From assembly GCF_013365455.1 (NCBI RefSeq), contig NZ_CP046578.1:180001-212000 (forward strand): a stretch of DNA of 32,000 bases, given 5' to 3'. Under the pieces are notes generated by a model that saw nothing but the letters and a program-made list of their open reading frames with translations, did no database searches and was not told where the DNA came from. The translations under genes were made by a program, and so were the position numbers. The stretch's first letter is position 1. Every line of letters starts with the position of its first letter. This DNA is from Wolbachia endosymbiont of Dirofilaria (Dirofilaria) immitis (lineage in GTDB: Bacteria > Pseudomonadota > Alphaproteobacteria > Rickettsiales > Anaplasmataceae). Positions 1 to 11,866 of the stretch are shown one piece after another.

Positions 1-470
<470 letters not shown>

Positions 471-542
471 TTTGCTTTCTATATGTGTATATGCAGTGTT
501 AAATGTTAATTAAATGTTAAATTGAATTAGAAATTTTTATTG

Positions 543-651
543 ACTTGGTGGCTATGGCAAAAATGAAACACCCGATCTCATCTCGAACTCGGAAGTGAAA
601 CTTTTTAGCGCTGATGGTACTTGAAAAGGGAGAGTAGGTCGCTGCCAAGTT
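543..651 (+). rRNA. rrf: 5S rRNA
   Basis: The terminal helix cttggtggc...gccaagt closes the molecule. Conserved 5S blocks are present: ccgatctcatctcgaactcggaagtgaaac, agcgctgatggta and gagagtagg. It lies about 70 nt downstream of 23S. Confidence 0.95.
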
Positions 652-692
652 TATGAAAATTTCTTTGTTAGCTATAAGTAGTAGATGTACTT

Positions 693-953
693 TTATCTTA
701 ACTTTCTTGTTTTTATGTGCCCTTGACCCTTTTTTATATCATCTAATATTGTTCCTACCTCTTCTAATTTGCTTTCTTTTAAGGGAAAATTGTTCGTTTC
801 TATTAGTGTTATATTATTTACTGCTTTTTTTAATAATTCTTCTTGCTGACGGAATGCTGACCTCCAGTCTGTTCCTGTTCCTTTAGGAAGAAATGAAGAT
901 TGGTACATTTCACCAAAATCTATGTTACTTATCTCTTTTATGTACTCTACCAT
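693..953 (-). CDS. hypothetical small protein (86 aa), no family recognised
   Basis: The ORF has balanced, charged composition, unlike the Leu/Phe-rich antisense ORF 653..886. I recognise no motif. It could be a remnant. Confidence 0.3.
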   Translation of the reverse strand: MVEYIKEISNIDFGEMYQSSFLPKGTGTDWRSAFRQQEELLKKAVNNITLIETNNFPLKESKLEEVGTILDDIKKGQGHIKTRKLR

Positions 954-1035
954 TTACTGTACCTATTAACTGTTTTTTAAAAATTTTACTTATATTATCG
1001 TAAATAATATAGTTGTAAATACCTGAATTGAGTTT

Positions 1036-1395
1036 TTATTTTATTTTTTTGAAGCAAAAAGTTAGATCTTTCTGTAAGTTTTTATAGCTTGCTTGCACAA
1101 TATTTCTATGAGTTATTATTATATAATAGTATCCGGTATTGCTTGCATTTAAGATGTTCATTCTAATAAGCATTCGTAATCGCCTTTTGATTTTATTTCT
1201 TTTTGTTGCTTTCCCAACTTTTTTACTGATAACTAGACCTGCCCTAATAGTATAAATGTACTTTTCTGGTTCTCTTTCTTTTATGGTGTATAGTGATATG
1301 TAGAACCCATGGTAAAAAAAGCTGCTAGGTGCCAGCTTATTTTTAAAAGCAAATGAAAAGTCTTTTTTTTTATACTTGATAGCTTCACTATGCAC
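1036..1395 (-). CDS. rnpA: ribonuclease P protein component
   Basis: Basic RnpA signature [17 protein letters not shown] is present. It lies immediately downstream of rpmH, the conserved rpmH-rnpA pairing. It has a GTG start that overlaps the rpmH stop (GTGCATAG). Confidence 0.9.
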   Translation of the reverse strand: MHSEAIKYKKKDFSFAFKNKLAPSSFFYHGFYISLYTIKEREPEKYIYTIRAGLVISKKVGKATKRNKIKRRLRMLIRMNILNASNTGYYYIIITHRNIVQASYKNLQKDLTFCFKKIK

Positions 1396-1522
1396 ATAAT
1401 TTTTTGCATCCTAATGAGCGACGCCTATTGAGTATTTTTCTTCCAGCTTTTGTTGCTACACGTGAGCGGAAGCCATGTCTACGTTTTCTTATCAGATTTT
1501 TTGGCTGAAATGTTCTTTTCAT
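1388..1522 (-). CDS. rpmH: 50S ribosomal protein L34 (44 aa; absent from the ORF track because it is under 60 aa)
   Basis: Manual translation of the minus strand gives [44 protein letters not shown]. The MKRTFQP...RKRxHGFR motif is canonical for L34. Confidence 0.93.
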   Translation of the reverse strand: MKRTFQPKNLIRKRRHGFRSRVATKAGRKILNRRRSLGCKKLCA

Positions 1523-1566
1523 TATTTTTATAAGTATACTTAATTATTTTAGTTTATTTTACTTTA

Positions 1567-1595
1567 TTGTCAAATAGTGTTTGCATTGGTATATA
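1567..1595 (+). promoter_or_regulatory. candidate sigma-70 promoter for the pstC-like gene
   Basis: TTGTCA (1567-1572), a 17-nt spacer, then TATATA (1590-1595), about 55 nt upstream of the ATG at 1650. In AT-rich DNA such matches arise by chance. Confidence 0.3.
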
Positions 1596-1649
1596 CTAGA
1601 TATTCTTTAAAATTGTATTACTCTTAAAGTAAGGTTCAAGTGTGAGTAG

Positions 1650-2741
1650 ATGAATTCGGTGACAATAATCCTTTTCATACCTGCACTGCTAGTCCTTTTG
1701 TTTTACTTTAGTAAGTTTCAACAAGTAGATAAAGTTAAAGCTTATTTATGTCTTAGTTGTACATGGATATTAACTTGGTTGTTAATATTTTGTAACAGTT
1801 ATTTTGTAACTTCTATCGCTATAGCGTTACTTTTTTTCATGTTTGCTTTTATCTTTAGATGCAATAAGATGATCAAGCTTTTATTGTTTATGGCTCTTAT
1901 CATATCATTTTTTATCGCTTTATTTATAATGCTGTCTATTCTTACCCAATCTGTTAATTTTTTTAGAGAAATAGCTATTTCAGAATTTTTATTTTGTTTG
2001 AAGTGGAGTCATAGTGCAGTGATTATTAATGGAGAAAAAATAGGGTGTTTCGGTATAGCCACACTTTTGGTCGGCACATTGGTTATAACTATTATAGCAA
2101 TGGTAGTTGCTGTTCCTCTTGGTTTGTTTTCTGCGGTATATATTAGTGAGTATGCAAGTGAGAAAGTGCGTTATATTGTTAATACAACTTTGCAAGTTTT
2201 ATCTGCTATTCCTACAGTTGTATATGGATATTTCTCGGTTGTATTTTTATCTTCTTCTGCGAAACAAATAGCGAGTTTTTTTGGTCTGAACATACACTCG
2301 GAGAGTGCACTAGTTGCTGGGTTATCGATAGGAGTAATGGTTCTTCCTTTTATTATTTCTTTGCTAGAAGATGCAATTAGGTCTGTTCCAAAGAGCTTGC
2401 GCTATGGCTTTATGGCATTAGGAGCTACTCCAGCAGAAACTATATGGCACGTAATAATACCTTATGCAATGCCTACAATTTTGAGTGCAATTTTGTTGTC
2501 AATTTCGAGAGTAATAGGTGAAACAATGATAGTATTGATGGCTGTTGGAATTAACTCAAACTTAACTTTTAATCCTCTTAATTCAGTTACTACTATTACT
2601 GTGCAGGTAGCTACACTACTTACTGGAGACCAGGATTTCAGTAGTGTGCAAACACTTGCTGCTTATGCGCTTAGCTTAGTACTATTTATTATTACTTGGC
2701 TATTAAATGCGTTTGCATTATTTATAATAAAACGTGATTAA
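1650..2741 (+). CDS. pstC: phosphate ABC transporter permease, PstC-like
   Basis: Polytopic membrane protein with the binding-protein-dependent permease core (LSAIPTVVYGYF, EAA-like loop LEDAIRSVPKSLRYGFMALGATPAETIW). It has an N-terminal hydrophobic extension. No pstS, pstA or pstB gene is adjacent. Confidence 0.8.
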   Translation: MNSVTIILFIPALLVLLFYFSKFQQVDKVKAYLCLSCTWILTWLLIFCNSYFVTSIAIALLFFMFAFIFRCNKMIKLLLFMALIISFFIALFIMLSILTQSVNFFREIAISEFLFCLKWSHSAVIINGEKIGCFGIATLLVGTLVITIIAMVVAVPLGLFSAVYISEYASEKVRYIVNTTLQVLSAIPTVVYGYFSVVFLSSSAKQIASFFGLNIHSESALVAGLSIGVMVLPFIISLLEDAIRSVPKSLRYGFMALGATPAETIWHVIIPYAMPTILSAILLSISRVIGETMIVLMAVGINSNLTFNPLNSVTTITVQVATLLTGDQDFSSVQTLAAYALSLVLFIITWLLNAFALFIIKRD

Positions 2742-2822
2742 TAAATGTTTTAATGTTGCTGATTTTTTGTTAATAATATAAGATTTGTTTTTTTAGTTTA
2801 GGGATTTGTTATAATATTATAG

Positions 2823-4265
<1,443 letters not shown>

Positions 4266-4295
4266 GTTAAAGTTGGAACTAGGAAATTAGAGATT

Positions 4296-4628
4296 ATGAA
4301 TACCTTTAAAGTGCAATTTTTTTCTCCTGATAATCAAGTTTCATTTGATAAGGTGGTTTCTCTTTTGATGAATGTGCTTGATGGTGAATTGATGATTTTA
4401 GCTCACCATTCTCCTTACTTGATTTATTTGTTACCAGGTGTAGTCACTGTTAGAATAAGTAAACAGAAGGAAGAAAAAATTGTAATTGATAATGGTGTGC
4501 TGGAGGTTGTAAATAATGATTGTAGCATTATTACAAATCAAGTACAGTTTTTTAACTGTGTAGTTCATAATGAGGAGTTGTTTAGAAGTAGAAGAATAAA
4601 TATGCAGTTGAATTATTTTGATCAGTGA
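4296..4628 (+). CDS. atpC: F1 ATP synthase epsilon subunit
   Basis: 110-aa ORF 30 nt downstream of atpD. The N-terminal beta-sandwich pattern (FKVQFFSPDNQV...VLDGELMILAHHSPYL) is typical of epsilon. Confidence 0.85.
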   Translation: MNTFKVQFFSPDNQVSFDKVVSLLMNVLDGELMILAHHSPYLIYLLPGVVTVRISKQKEEKIVIDNGVLEVVNNDCSIITNQVQFFNCVVHNEELFRSRRINMQLNYFDQ

Positions 4629-4654
4629 GTTTTTGTTATATATAATAGAATATT

Positions 4655-5296
4655 ATGGAAGTTTTTCTTGATAGTGTTGATCTAGATGAAATTAAAGAGT
4701 TAAAAGAATTTATAGATGGTATAACAACTAATCCCTCTTTAATAGCGAAGTCTGGGCGTAAAGATAAATACGAGGGTTTAATAAGTGAAATATGCTCTAT
4801 TATAAAAGGGCCTGTTAGTGTTGAAGTTGTTGCAGATACTTATAAAGAGATGGTTGAAGAAGGACTTAAATTAGCCAAAATTGCTAGTAATATTGTAGTA
4901 AAGTTGCCTCTTACGTACGAAGGATTAATTTCTTGTAAAAAGTTATGGACAGAGTATAAAATACCTGTTAATATTACTTTATGTTTTTCTCCTGGACAAG
5001 CACTGCTTGCCGCTAAGGCCGGTGCTTGTTTTGTTTCTCCTTTTGTTGGTCGTCTTGATGATATAAACTACGGTGGTTTGTTGTTGATAAAAGATATATG
5101 TGCTATATACTCTAATTATGGTTTTGATACTAAAGTTCTTGCTGCATCAGTAAGAAACCCGGCGCATGTGATAGAAGCTGCAAAACTTGGTGCTGATTCA
5201 ATTACTATACCAGCGAAAGTGTTTAAGCAGTTGCTTAGCCACCCGCTTACTGATCAGGGACTTGCAATATTTAGAGAAGATTGGAGTGTAAAATAA
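4655..5296 (+). CDS. tal: transaldolase / fructose-6-phosphate aldolase family (short type)
   Basis: About 213 aa with [12 protein letters not shown]...[13 protein letters not shown] and [11 protein letters not shown], which includes the Schiff-base lysine region characteristic of short transaldolases. Confidence 0.88.
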   Translation: MEVFLDSVDLDEIKELKEFIDGITTNPSLIAKSGRKDKYEGLISEICSIIKGPVSVEVVADTYKEMVEEGLKLAKIASNIVVKLPLTYEGLISCKKLWTEYKIPVNITLCFSPGQALLAAKAGACFVSPFVGRLDDINYGGLLLIKDICAIYSNYGFDTKVLAASVRNPAHVIEAAKLGADSITIPAKVFKQLLSHPLTDQGLAIFREDWSVK

Positions 5297-5672
5297 TGAG
5301 TAATTATAGAAATTTGCTAAAAGGCGTGAAAAGTCTATAGTAGCCTTAGCTATTTTATGATTTAATGTTAAAAATAAAGTTGTTGTCTAATTTGCGCTAA
5401 GCATATCGTTATGCTTAATTCAAGATTGTGTAAACATGGTGAACCTTCTATAGAAAAGAGTCAGTGAAAGTGTAATACACGGAACAAAAATATACATGTA
5501 CTTAAGTATACTAAAGGGGATGCATCACACTATGCTTTGTACTGAATAAGGCTTGCAAACGAGGGTAAATTTGAGGTTCTTGAATGTCTTTGCTGCTGGT
5601 AGAGTGGAGGTATAAGAATATATCAAGATTTTTTTTTGATCTATGACCCTTATCTTCATATCTTTTTAAAAA

Positions 5673-5718
5673 GCTAGAATCTAGAAAAAAGAAATATGAA
5701 GTAGTTAAGCTACTTCAA
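5673..5718 (+). repeat. intergenic copy of the palindromic repeat family also found inside pccA, ctaA and the NDUFAF7-like gene
   Basis: It shares the exact 12-mer tagaatctagaa (5675-5686) with 23005-23016. About 20 nt later it has gtagttaagctacttca, versus cagtattagctactca in the genic copy, in colinear order. Confidence 0.55.
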
Positions 5719-6146
5719 TAAGAGTTTTTAAGAAGAAAGTGACTTCTGTTTGAAGCTTTTTTATAGAATATGAAAATACTTAAGAACTTGGGCTGTCTGA
5801 TTTGATGGTAGAATTATACTTTTTATTAAAGTTAGAAAATGTTTTGTCCTTAAGTAAATATCTGCTTTTTTATACTATTTGCTTATGCTTGATTAGAAGA
5901 AAAATTAGACCTATATGCTTTGATAGGTTACTCTTAATATTTATAATGTTTTCTTACTATCAAAGCTGATATACTGCAATTATATAAAAGTTTATTTTTT
6001 TAATCTGTTTTTTATAATATCGAGGAAGGGAAATTTGCTAAGGTTACAAAAGAATGTTAACCCTATACAATTTGAAAAATTGTATCTTCTATGTGAGTTG
6101 ATTTTGTTAACAAAGCTAACTAATATCTAAATAAGTTATTACTTAA

Positions 6147-7175
6147 ATGGGAAGCATAGAAACTGACATAGTAGTAATAGGTGCTGGACCTATTGGAATA
6201 TTTACTGCTTTTCAAGCAGGGATGCTAGATATGAAATGTCATATAGTGGATATTTTAAATCAAGTAGGAGGGCAGTGTGCTGCCCTTTACCCAGAAAAAT
6301 CAATATATGATATACCAGGATATCCTGTCATTACTGCACAAAGGTTAATTGAACAATTAACAGAACAAGCCATGCCATTTAGGCCTGTTTACCACTTGAG
6401 TCAAATGGTAGAGAAAATTTCGAGTAATGACAATCGAAGTTTTACTGTAGTAACAAGTATAGGTACAGAGGTAAGATGTAAAGCTATTATTATTGCTGCA
6501 GGTAATGGAATGTTTGAGCCCAACCGCCCACCCCTTAGTGGTATATTAGAATATGAAAATAAGTCTGTGTTTTATAGTGTAAATAAAATTTCTGATTTTC
6601 AAGATAAAACTATAGTTATTGCAGGAGGAGGAAATTCTGCAGCTGATTGGACCATAGAACTCTCTAAAGTTGCAAAGAAAATTTATGTGATACATCGAAG
6701 AAGAGAATTTCGTTGCACTCCTGAAACTAGAAATGAGTTAGACCTACTTAGAAGCAATGGGAAGATAGAACTTGTAACGCCATATCAATTATATGAACTG
6801 GCTGGGAATAATGGACAATTGAGTGCAGTGATAGTAAAAGATATTACCTCTAATGAGAAAAGAGAAATATATGCTGATTTTTTACTACCATTTTTTGGCT
6901 TGTCAATAAATTTGGGTCCAATAAATAATTGGGGTTTAGAGTTGGAACATAGCCGTATAGTTGTTGATCAGACTACACTTAAAACTAATAGGGATAGGAT
7001 ATATGCGGTCGGAGATATAGCTACTTATTCAGGTAAGCTGAAGCTGATACTGAATGGTTTTGCCGAGAGTACTATGGCTTGCTACGACATATACAAAGTG
7101 ATCCATAATTCTCCAATTAATTTTCAATATTCAACTTTAAAGGGGATTCGTGGAAGAAAAAGTAATTTACTTTAA
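6147..7175 (+). CDS. ferredoxin-NADP(+) reductase, thioredoxin-reductase-like type
   Basis: FAD fold DIVVIGAGPIG and a second dinucleotide fold VIAGGGNSAADW. The LNQVGGQCAALYPEKSIYDIPGYP block is typical of TrxB-like FNR. There is no CxxC redox pair. Confidence 0.85.
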   Translation: MGSIETDIVVIGAGPIGIFTAFQAGMLDMKCHIVDILNQVGGQCAALYPEKSIYDIPGYPVITAQRLIEQLTEQAMPFRPVYHLSQMVEKISSNDNRSFTVVTSIGTEVRCKAIIIAAGNGMFEPNRPPLSGILEYENKSVFYSVNKISDFQDKTIVIAGGGNSAADWTIELSKVAKKIYVIHRRREFRCTPETRNELDLLRSNGKIELVTPYQLYELAGNNGQLSAVIVKDITSNEKREIYADFLLPFFGLSINLGPINNWGLELEHSRIVVDQTTLKTNRDRIYAVGDIATYSGKLKLILNGFAESTMACYDIYKVIHNSPINFQYSTLKGIRGRKSNLL

Positions 7176-7215
7176 GTCAAACTGCTATATAGTAACTTTA
7201 TAACTTTAGTTTTAT

Positions 7216-8412
7216 ATGGATATACCTAGCATAGAAAGTTGTAATTTTCAAGATAAGACTGTCTTGCTCAGAGTTGATTTCAATGTCTCTACGAAAAATG
7301 GAAAAGTTTATGATATTACTCGTATTTTGAGAACACTTCCTACTATTCAGTACTTAATAAATGCAGGTGCAAAAATTATTATTATATCCCACTTTGGGCA
7401 TCCAAAAGCCAAAAACAGTAATCTATCGCTAAGAAACATGGTTGAAGTTTTATCACAGTTATTGAAAAAAGAGGTAAAATTTATTGGTAATTGTATTGGT
7501 CAGAGAGTACAGAGAGCAATAAGTTTGATGGATAGAGGAGATGTAATATTGCTGGAAAATCTAAGGTTTTATAGAGGAGAAGAGCGGAATGACTTAAATT
7601 TTGCTAAACAGTTAGCATCTCTAGCGGATATATATGTAAATGATGCATTTTCTTGTTCTCACAGGGCTCATGCTTCTATTTTATGTATTACAGAATTTTT
7701 GCCTTCCTATGCAGGATTTTGTTTTCAAGATGAGCTAAAACATCTTGAAAGAGATGTATTATTTAATGCTAAACCTATTACTGTGATAATTGGGGGAGCT
7801 AAAGTATCAACTAAGATAAAAACGCTTATAAAATTAGCAGAAAAGGTTGATTACCTAATTCTTGGTGGTGCAATTGCTAATAATTTTTTGTTATTTAATG
7901 GAGTGAATGTCGGTAAGTCTTTTTTTCAAAATAATGTTAGTGATCTTCTGTGTGATATTGTTGATACGGCAAATAAAAACAATTGCAAAATAATTGTGCC
8001 TGGGGATGTTCTAGTTGCAATAAACTCTGATTACAGCAATTGCATTTTAAGGAAGACTGAATCCATTTTGGATGATGATATAATTTTAGATATCGGGCCT
8101 CAAACTTTAAGCACAGTAAGCAATATAATAGCAAGCAGTAAGACTCTCCTGTGGAGTGGGCCTATTGGTGTTTTTGAGTATTCAGCTTTTGCGAATGGTA
8201 CAATAGAAGTAATGAGAGTAGTGAGTAATTTGACACGCGAGGGGAAATTAATTAGTATAATAGGGGGAGGTGATAGCCTGTCTGCAATAAATGCTGCGGG
8301 TCTTACTGATAAAAATTTTACATATGTCTCGACCGGTGGAGGGGCGTTTTTAAGTTGGCTAAGTGGTGATGAGATGCCGGGAGTTGCTGCACTGCAGTTA
8401 GCATCAGGTTAA
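7216..8412 (+). CDS. pgk: phosphoglycerate kinase
   Basis: RVDFNV, NDAFSCSHRAHAS, WSGPIGVFE, GGGDS and STGGGA motifs are present. Note SHFGHP where SHLGRP is usual. Confidence 0.95.
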   Translation: MDIPSIESCNFQDKTVLLRVDFNVSTKNGKVYDITRILRTLPTIQYLINAGAKIIIISHFGHPKAKNSNLSLRNMVEVLSQLLKKEVKFIGNCIGQRVQRAISLMDRGDVILLENLRFYRGEERNDLNFAKQLASLADIYVNDAFSCSHRAHASILCITEFLPSYAGFCFQDELKHLERDVLFNAKPITVIIGGAKVSTKIKTLIKLAEKVDYLILGGAIANNFLLFNGVNVGKSFFQNNVSDLLCDIVDTANKNNCKIIVPGDVLVAINSDYSNCILRKTESILDDDIILDIGPQTLSTVSNIIASSKTLLWSGPIGVFEYSAFANGTIEVMRVVSNLTREGKLISIIGGGDSLSAINAAGLTDKNFTYVSTGGGAFLSWLSGDEMPGVAALQLASG

Positions 8413-8924
8413 AGCTTTTTAAAATTGTTGCTTATATTTTAGTTTTTTGTGGAGTTGTATTATAATAAAGAAGGACAGCTAAGTTGATCTTGTACTTTAA
8501 TGCTAGTATAGTAATATTTGTTTTTTCATTTTTAAGAATTATTATCCAGTGATGCAAGTGAACAAATTAGCTTTGAGAAATTCTTTAAAGAGTTAACTAC
8601 TCGTTTTGATAGAGGCTAGTAAGTGAAGAGTAAGCTATGATTAAGAAGATTTTCAGAGCTTTTCTTGAGTCCGAGTATCACAGAGAGGTAGTAAAAAAAG
8701 AGGATATATGGATATATGGATGTAGGACTTGACCATATTTTTTATAGTAAGCCAGATGGTAAACTGGTAAGTATGTTGACTTTTAAAAAGGTTAAATAAG
8801 TTTTGTTTGTTTCTATAAGGATAATTTTAAGGATTTGAAAAAAAAGAATTCACCTTCCTTAAGGAATTTACTGTTTTAAAGTTTGCATCAAATTTAGATT
8901 ATGGTGTAGAGAAAACGAGAAAGT

Positions 8925-8975
8925 ATCGATGGTGTAGTGCTAGTATCTACACTCTGATGTTGAAAGCAAAGGAGG
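8925..8975 (-). repeat. probable degenerate intergenic copy of the same repeat family (reverse orientation)
   Basis: The reverse complement reads ctttcaacat-N14-tagcactacacc. The pccA insert copy at 26643-26690 reads gtttcaacat-N16-tagcactattgg. Confidence 0.4.
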
Positions 8976-9633
8976 TGTGTTCTTTTTTATAAGAATAAGA
9001 GATGCGAGTGAAACTTGTTAGTAAAAATAGCAGTATTACTCTAGTGGTTCTATTAGAAAAATGATCATTACATGCATAATGTATGTTATACCAAGATTTT
9101 GATAGATATAATATGTTGAAGAGTCATAAAAACTAGATAATTGTTCTATGAGCGTGTGAGTTGTAAGCATGACTAACCCTCCCTTAAGAACAGGTGTGAA
9201 GTCCTACTAAAAACCAGTTTTATACCTTATAAGGCACTTTGAAGCAGAAAAGGTTACAGTAATATTTTAGATCATGCCTTGGGTTAAAACTATAATGTGA
9301 ACTTGGTTGTTAGAGTTGTGCAATGTTTAGTCTTTTTCATATATAAGTTGTTTTACTGGAAATTATTAAAGAAAAATAGCATTGTAGACTGTATGTAGGG
9401 AATAGGCTAATCTTTATAGCTGCAGAGCAAAAAATAATTTTGATTTTATATGAGATGAGCTGTAGAAGTAAAGATATTTAAGAGTTTTTTATAAAAAAAT
9501 TGAGAAGGCGTTACTTCTTAGAGTTAAAGTAGGAAGGAAGGTGCTCTTACCTGAACTTTGAAGCAAGTGTAGCAGTAATTATATTTTTGGTCGATTCTTA
9601 TCGAAAAATAAGATGATTGAATCAAGTTTACAA

Positions 9634-9656
9634 CTGCTGTTTTTGTAAAACAGCAG
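9634..9656. other. perfect 10-bp-stem hairpin in the spacer (ctgctgtttt tgt aaaacagcag); function unknown
   Basis: The arms at 9634-9643 and 9647-9656 are perfectly complementary. No adjacent U-tract follows on either strand, so it is not a canonical terminator. Confidence 0.5.
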
Positions 9657-10069
9657 ATTGCAAGTATTTATTATCTCTTGCGAAATGAGAAAATAGCGTT
9701 TCCCTTAATTATATTGTTTGCTATGTTGATGTTTAAGGTTAAGCTTATTACGGTTCTTATCTAAATAGAGTATAAGGTCTTATGCATCTACAAAATTAGA
9801 TGTCTTAAAAATGAAATATCATCTTTAAAGTTTACAAAGCTTTAAAAAGATTATAGAGGTTTTAGGTTTAAGTAGGAAATTTTATTTGATTCCTAAAAAT
9901 TTTGAAAAGCGATGGTGTCAAGAACTTAAGAGTGCTTGGAGATGAGAAATTTATACTTAATGTAGGACAGTAAATGTCCCAGACTACTTTATATGAAGTT
10001 ATACTAAATATTTAGAGAAGGCAAAGGAGGAGGTTATTATGGTGATCAACTCAACTAATTGATGACAGC

Positions 10070-10486
10070 TTATTGAACAGTAATAGTGAGGTATAACAAG
10101 TAGAGAAAATTGGATATGATAGTTAGCAAAGTAAAGGAACTAAAGTTTAATTTAAAATAACCTGATAAAACTTGAATTGCACTCCCAAGTGCCGATACCC
10201 ATGAGAGCAATGTAACTGCACAGATCAGTAAATTTCTTAAGATTTTTGGGATTATGTACTCATTTTCTAATTTATAGTATGCTTTTCTAGCAAAGATTGT
10301 TATCTTACCCAAGTGCCAGTTGACTATTCCACCAATGCTTGAGCCTAATACTCCAAAAAGTAACATAAGTAGTGGGTTATAATGTGACCTAAAGTATAGC
10401 ATAGTATAAAATACAAAACCTTGGTATACAGGTAAAATTAATGACGATACTAGATTATCCGTGAATAATAGAAGATAATTTTCCAT
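10070..10486 (-). CDS. small polytopic inner-membrane protein, YqaA/DedA-related
   Basis: 138 aa with about 4 TM helices and a GxxGGxxNW-like segment (LGSSIGGIVNWHLG). It starts 6 nt after the cysS stop, so it is probably co-transcribed. Confidence 0.55.
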   Translation of the reverse strand: MENYLLLFTDNLVSSLILPVYQGFVFYTMLYFRSHYNPLLMLLFGVLGSSIGGIVNWHLGKITIFARKAYYKLENEYIIPKILRNLLICAVTLLSWVSALGSAIQVLSGYFKLNFSSFTLLTIISNFLYLLYLTITVQ

Positions 10487-10492
10487 ATGAAT

Positions 10493-11866
10493 TCACCAGG
10501 TTGTAGTACCATCTTCGTTGTCGGAAATTGTAACCTTCATTTTTTTTAACTTGTCTCTTATTCTGTCTGCAGTGTCATAATCTTTATTTTTTTTTGCTGC
10601 TTTTCTTAAATTTATTAATCTTTCTATTTCTTGGTGGTCTATGCATGCGGTAAACCACTCTTGATAGCTTGACTCAAGAAGACCAATAAATCGTGCGCTC
10701 TTAACAAAACTTTCGATTAATTTAAGTTTTTTATGTTCATTGTTCATTTTGTTGATTTTTGTAGCCATTTCATGTAATATGACTAAAGCTTCAGGGATAT
10801 TTAGGTCATTTTTCAAAGCCTCTATAAAGTCTTTATACACTTCTGCATCGCTTTTCTCGATGCTTGCTACATTTATGTTACGTAATAATCGATAAAACTT
10901 GTTTAAGGTTTCTTGTGACTCCCAAATAACACCTCCTGTCCAATCAAGTGGTTTTCTGTAATGAGTTTTGAACAGTGCATAACGTATTACTTCGCCCTTT
11001 ATTCCACTGTCAAGCAAATCTCTTACTTTGATTATGTTAAGTAAAGACTTGCTCATTTTTTCTTCTTCTACCGTCAGAAAACCGTTGTGTACCCAATGTC
11101 TTGCGAACATTGACCCAGTAAATGCAGATTTGCTTTGCGCAATTTCATTCTCATGATGGGGAAATTGCAAATCTATACCACCGCCATGGATGTCAAAATC
11201 TCTTCCAAGGTATGCATATGCCATTGCTGAACATTCTATATGCCATCCAGGTCTTCCTTCTCCCCATGGGCTACTCCAGTGACTTGAAAGCTTATAGTCA
11301 ATATCGTTTGCTGGTTTCCACAGCACGAAATCTCCTGGGTGTTTTTTGTTCTTGCCAACTTTTACTCTATTGCCATGATCTAGTTTATCAATTTTTTTCC
11401 CTGATAAAGCACCGTACTCGGGGTAAGATTCAATGCTGAAATATACATGTTTATTGGATTCATAGGCATGGTTAGATAATAGTAAATGTTCAATTAATTT
11501 AATGATGCAACCTATATTTTCCGTTGCTTTTGGCTCATGTGTTGGTTCTACACAGTTTAGACTTTTCATATCTTCATGAAAAGATTTGGTGTAGTATGTG
11601 GTTATGCTTTTTATGCTGCTGTTTTTCTCACTTGCTGTATTGATTATCTTGTCATCAATATCGGTGATGTTACGCACATAAGTAACTTTGCTGTAATAAG
11701 ATTTAAGCAACTGAAATAATACATCGTAAACAACAACAGAGCGTGCATTACCTATATGTGCCATATCATATACGGTTGGTCCACAAACATACATTTTTAC
11801 ATGGCTTTTGTCGATCGGTGTAAAGAACTCCTTTTTTTTTGTTAAAGTGTTATAAAGTTTAACCAT
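10493..11866 (-). CDS. cysS: cysteinyl-tRNA synthetase
   Basis: Class I HIGH variant ([12 protein letters not shown]), KMSKS (EKMSKSL) and zinc/Cys-binding WHIECS are present. Confidence 0.95.
   Translation of the reverse strand: MVKLYNTLTKKKEFFTPIDKSHVKMYVCGPTVYDMAHIGNARSVVVYDVLFQLLKSYYSKVTYVRNITDIDDKIINTASEKNSSIKSITTYYTKSFHEDMKSLNCVEPTHEPKATENIGCIIKLIEHLLLSNHAYESNKHVYFSIESYPEYGALSGKKIDKLDHGNRVKVGKNKKHPGDFVLWKPANDIDYKLSSHWSSPWGEGRPGWHIECSAMAYAYLGRDFDIHGGGIDLQFPHHENEIAQSKSAFTGSMFARHWVHNGFLTVEEEKMSKSLLNIIKVRDLLDSGIKGEVIRYALFKTHYRKPLDWTGGVIWESQETLNKFYRLLRNINVASIEKSDAEVYKDFIEALKNDLNIPEALVILHEMATKINKMNNEHKKLKLIESFVKSARFIGLLESSYQEWFTACIDHQEIERLINLRKAAKKNKDYDTADRIRDKLKKMKVTISDNEDGTTTW

Noticed and set aside
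499-513. TTAA-N7-TTAA (CtrA-box-like) in the 23S-5S spacer, within the short direct repeat taaatgttaa x2
   Set aside because: The pattern is expected frequently by chance at this AT content. Its location inside an rRNA operon spacer gives no functional rationale.
653-886. Plus-strand 77-aa ORF directly after 5S rRNA
   Set aside because: It has extreme Leu/Phe/Ile low-complexity composition, typical of a random frame in AT-rich DNA. It is antisense to the more protein-like ORF 693..953, and I see no motif or RBS.
9531-9544. aggaaggaaggtgc, reminiscent of the SRP (4.5S) RNA GGAAGGAAGCAGC motif
   Set aside because: It lacks the tcc-GGAA-gga tetraloop context and the complementary strand of the domain IV helix. 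The surrounding sequence does not fold into an SRP-like hairpin.
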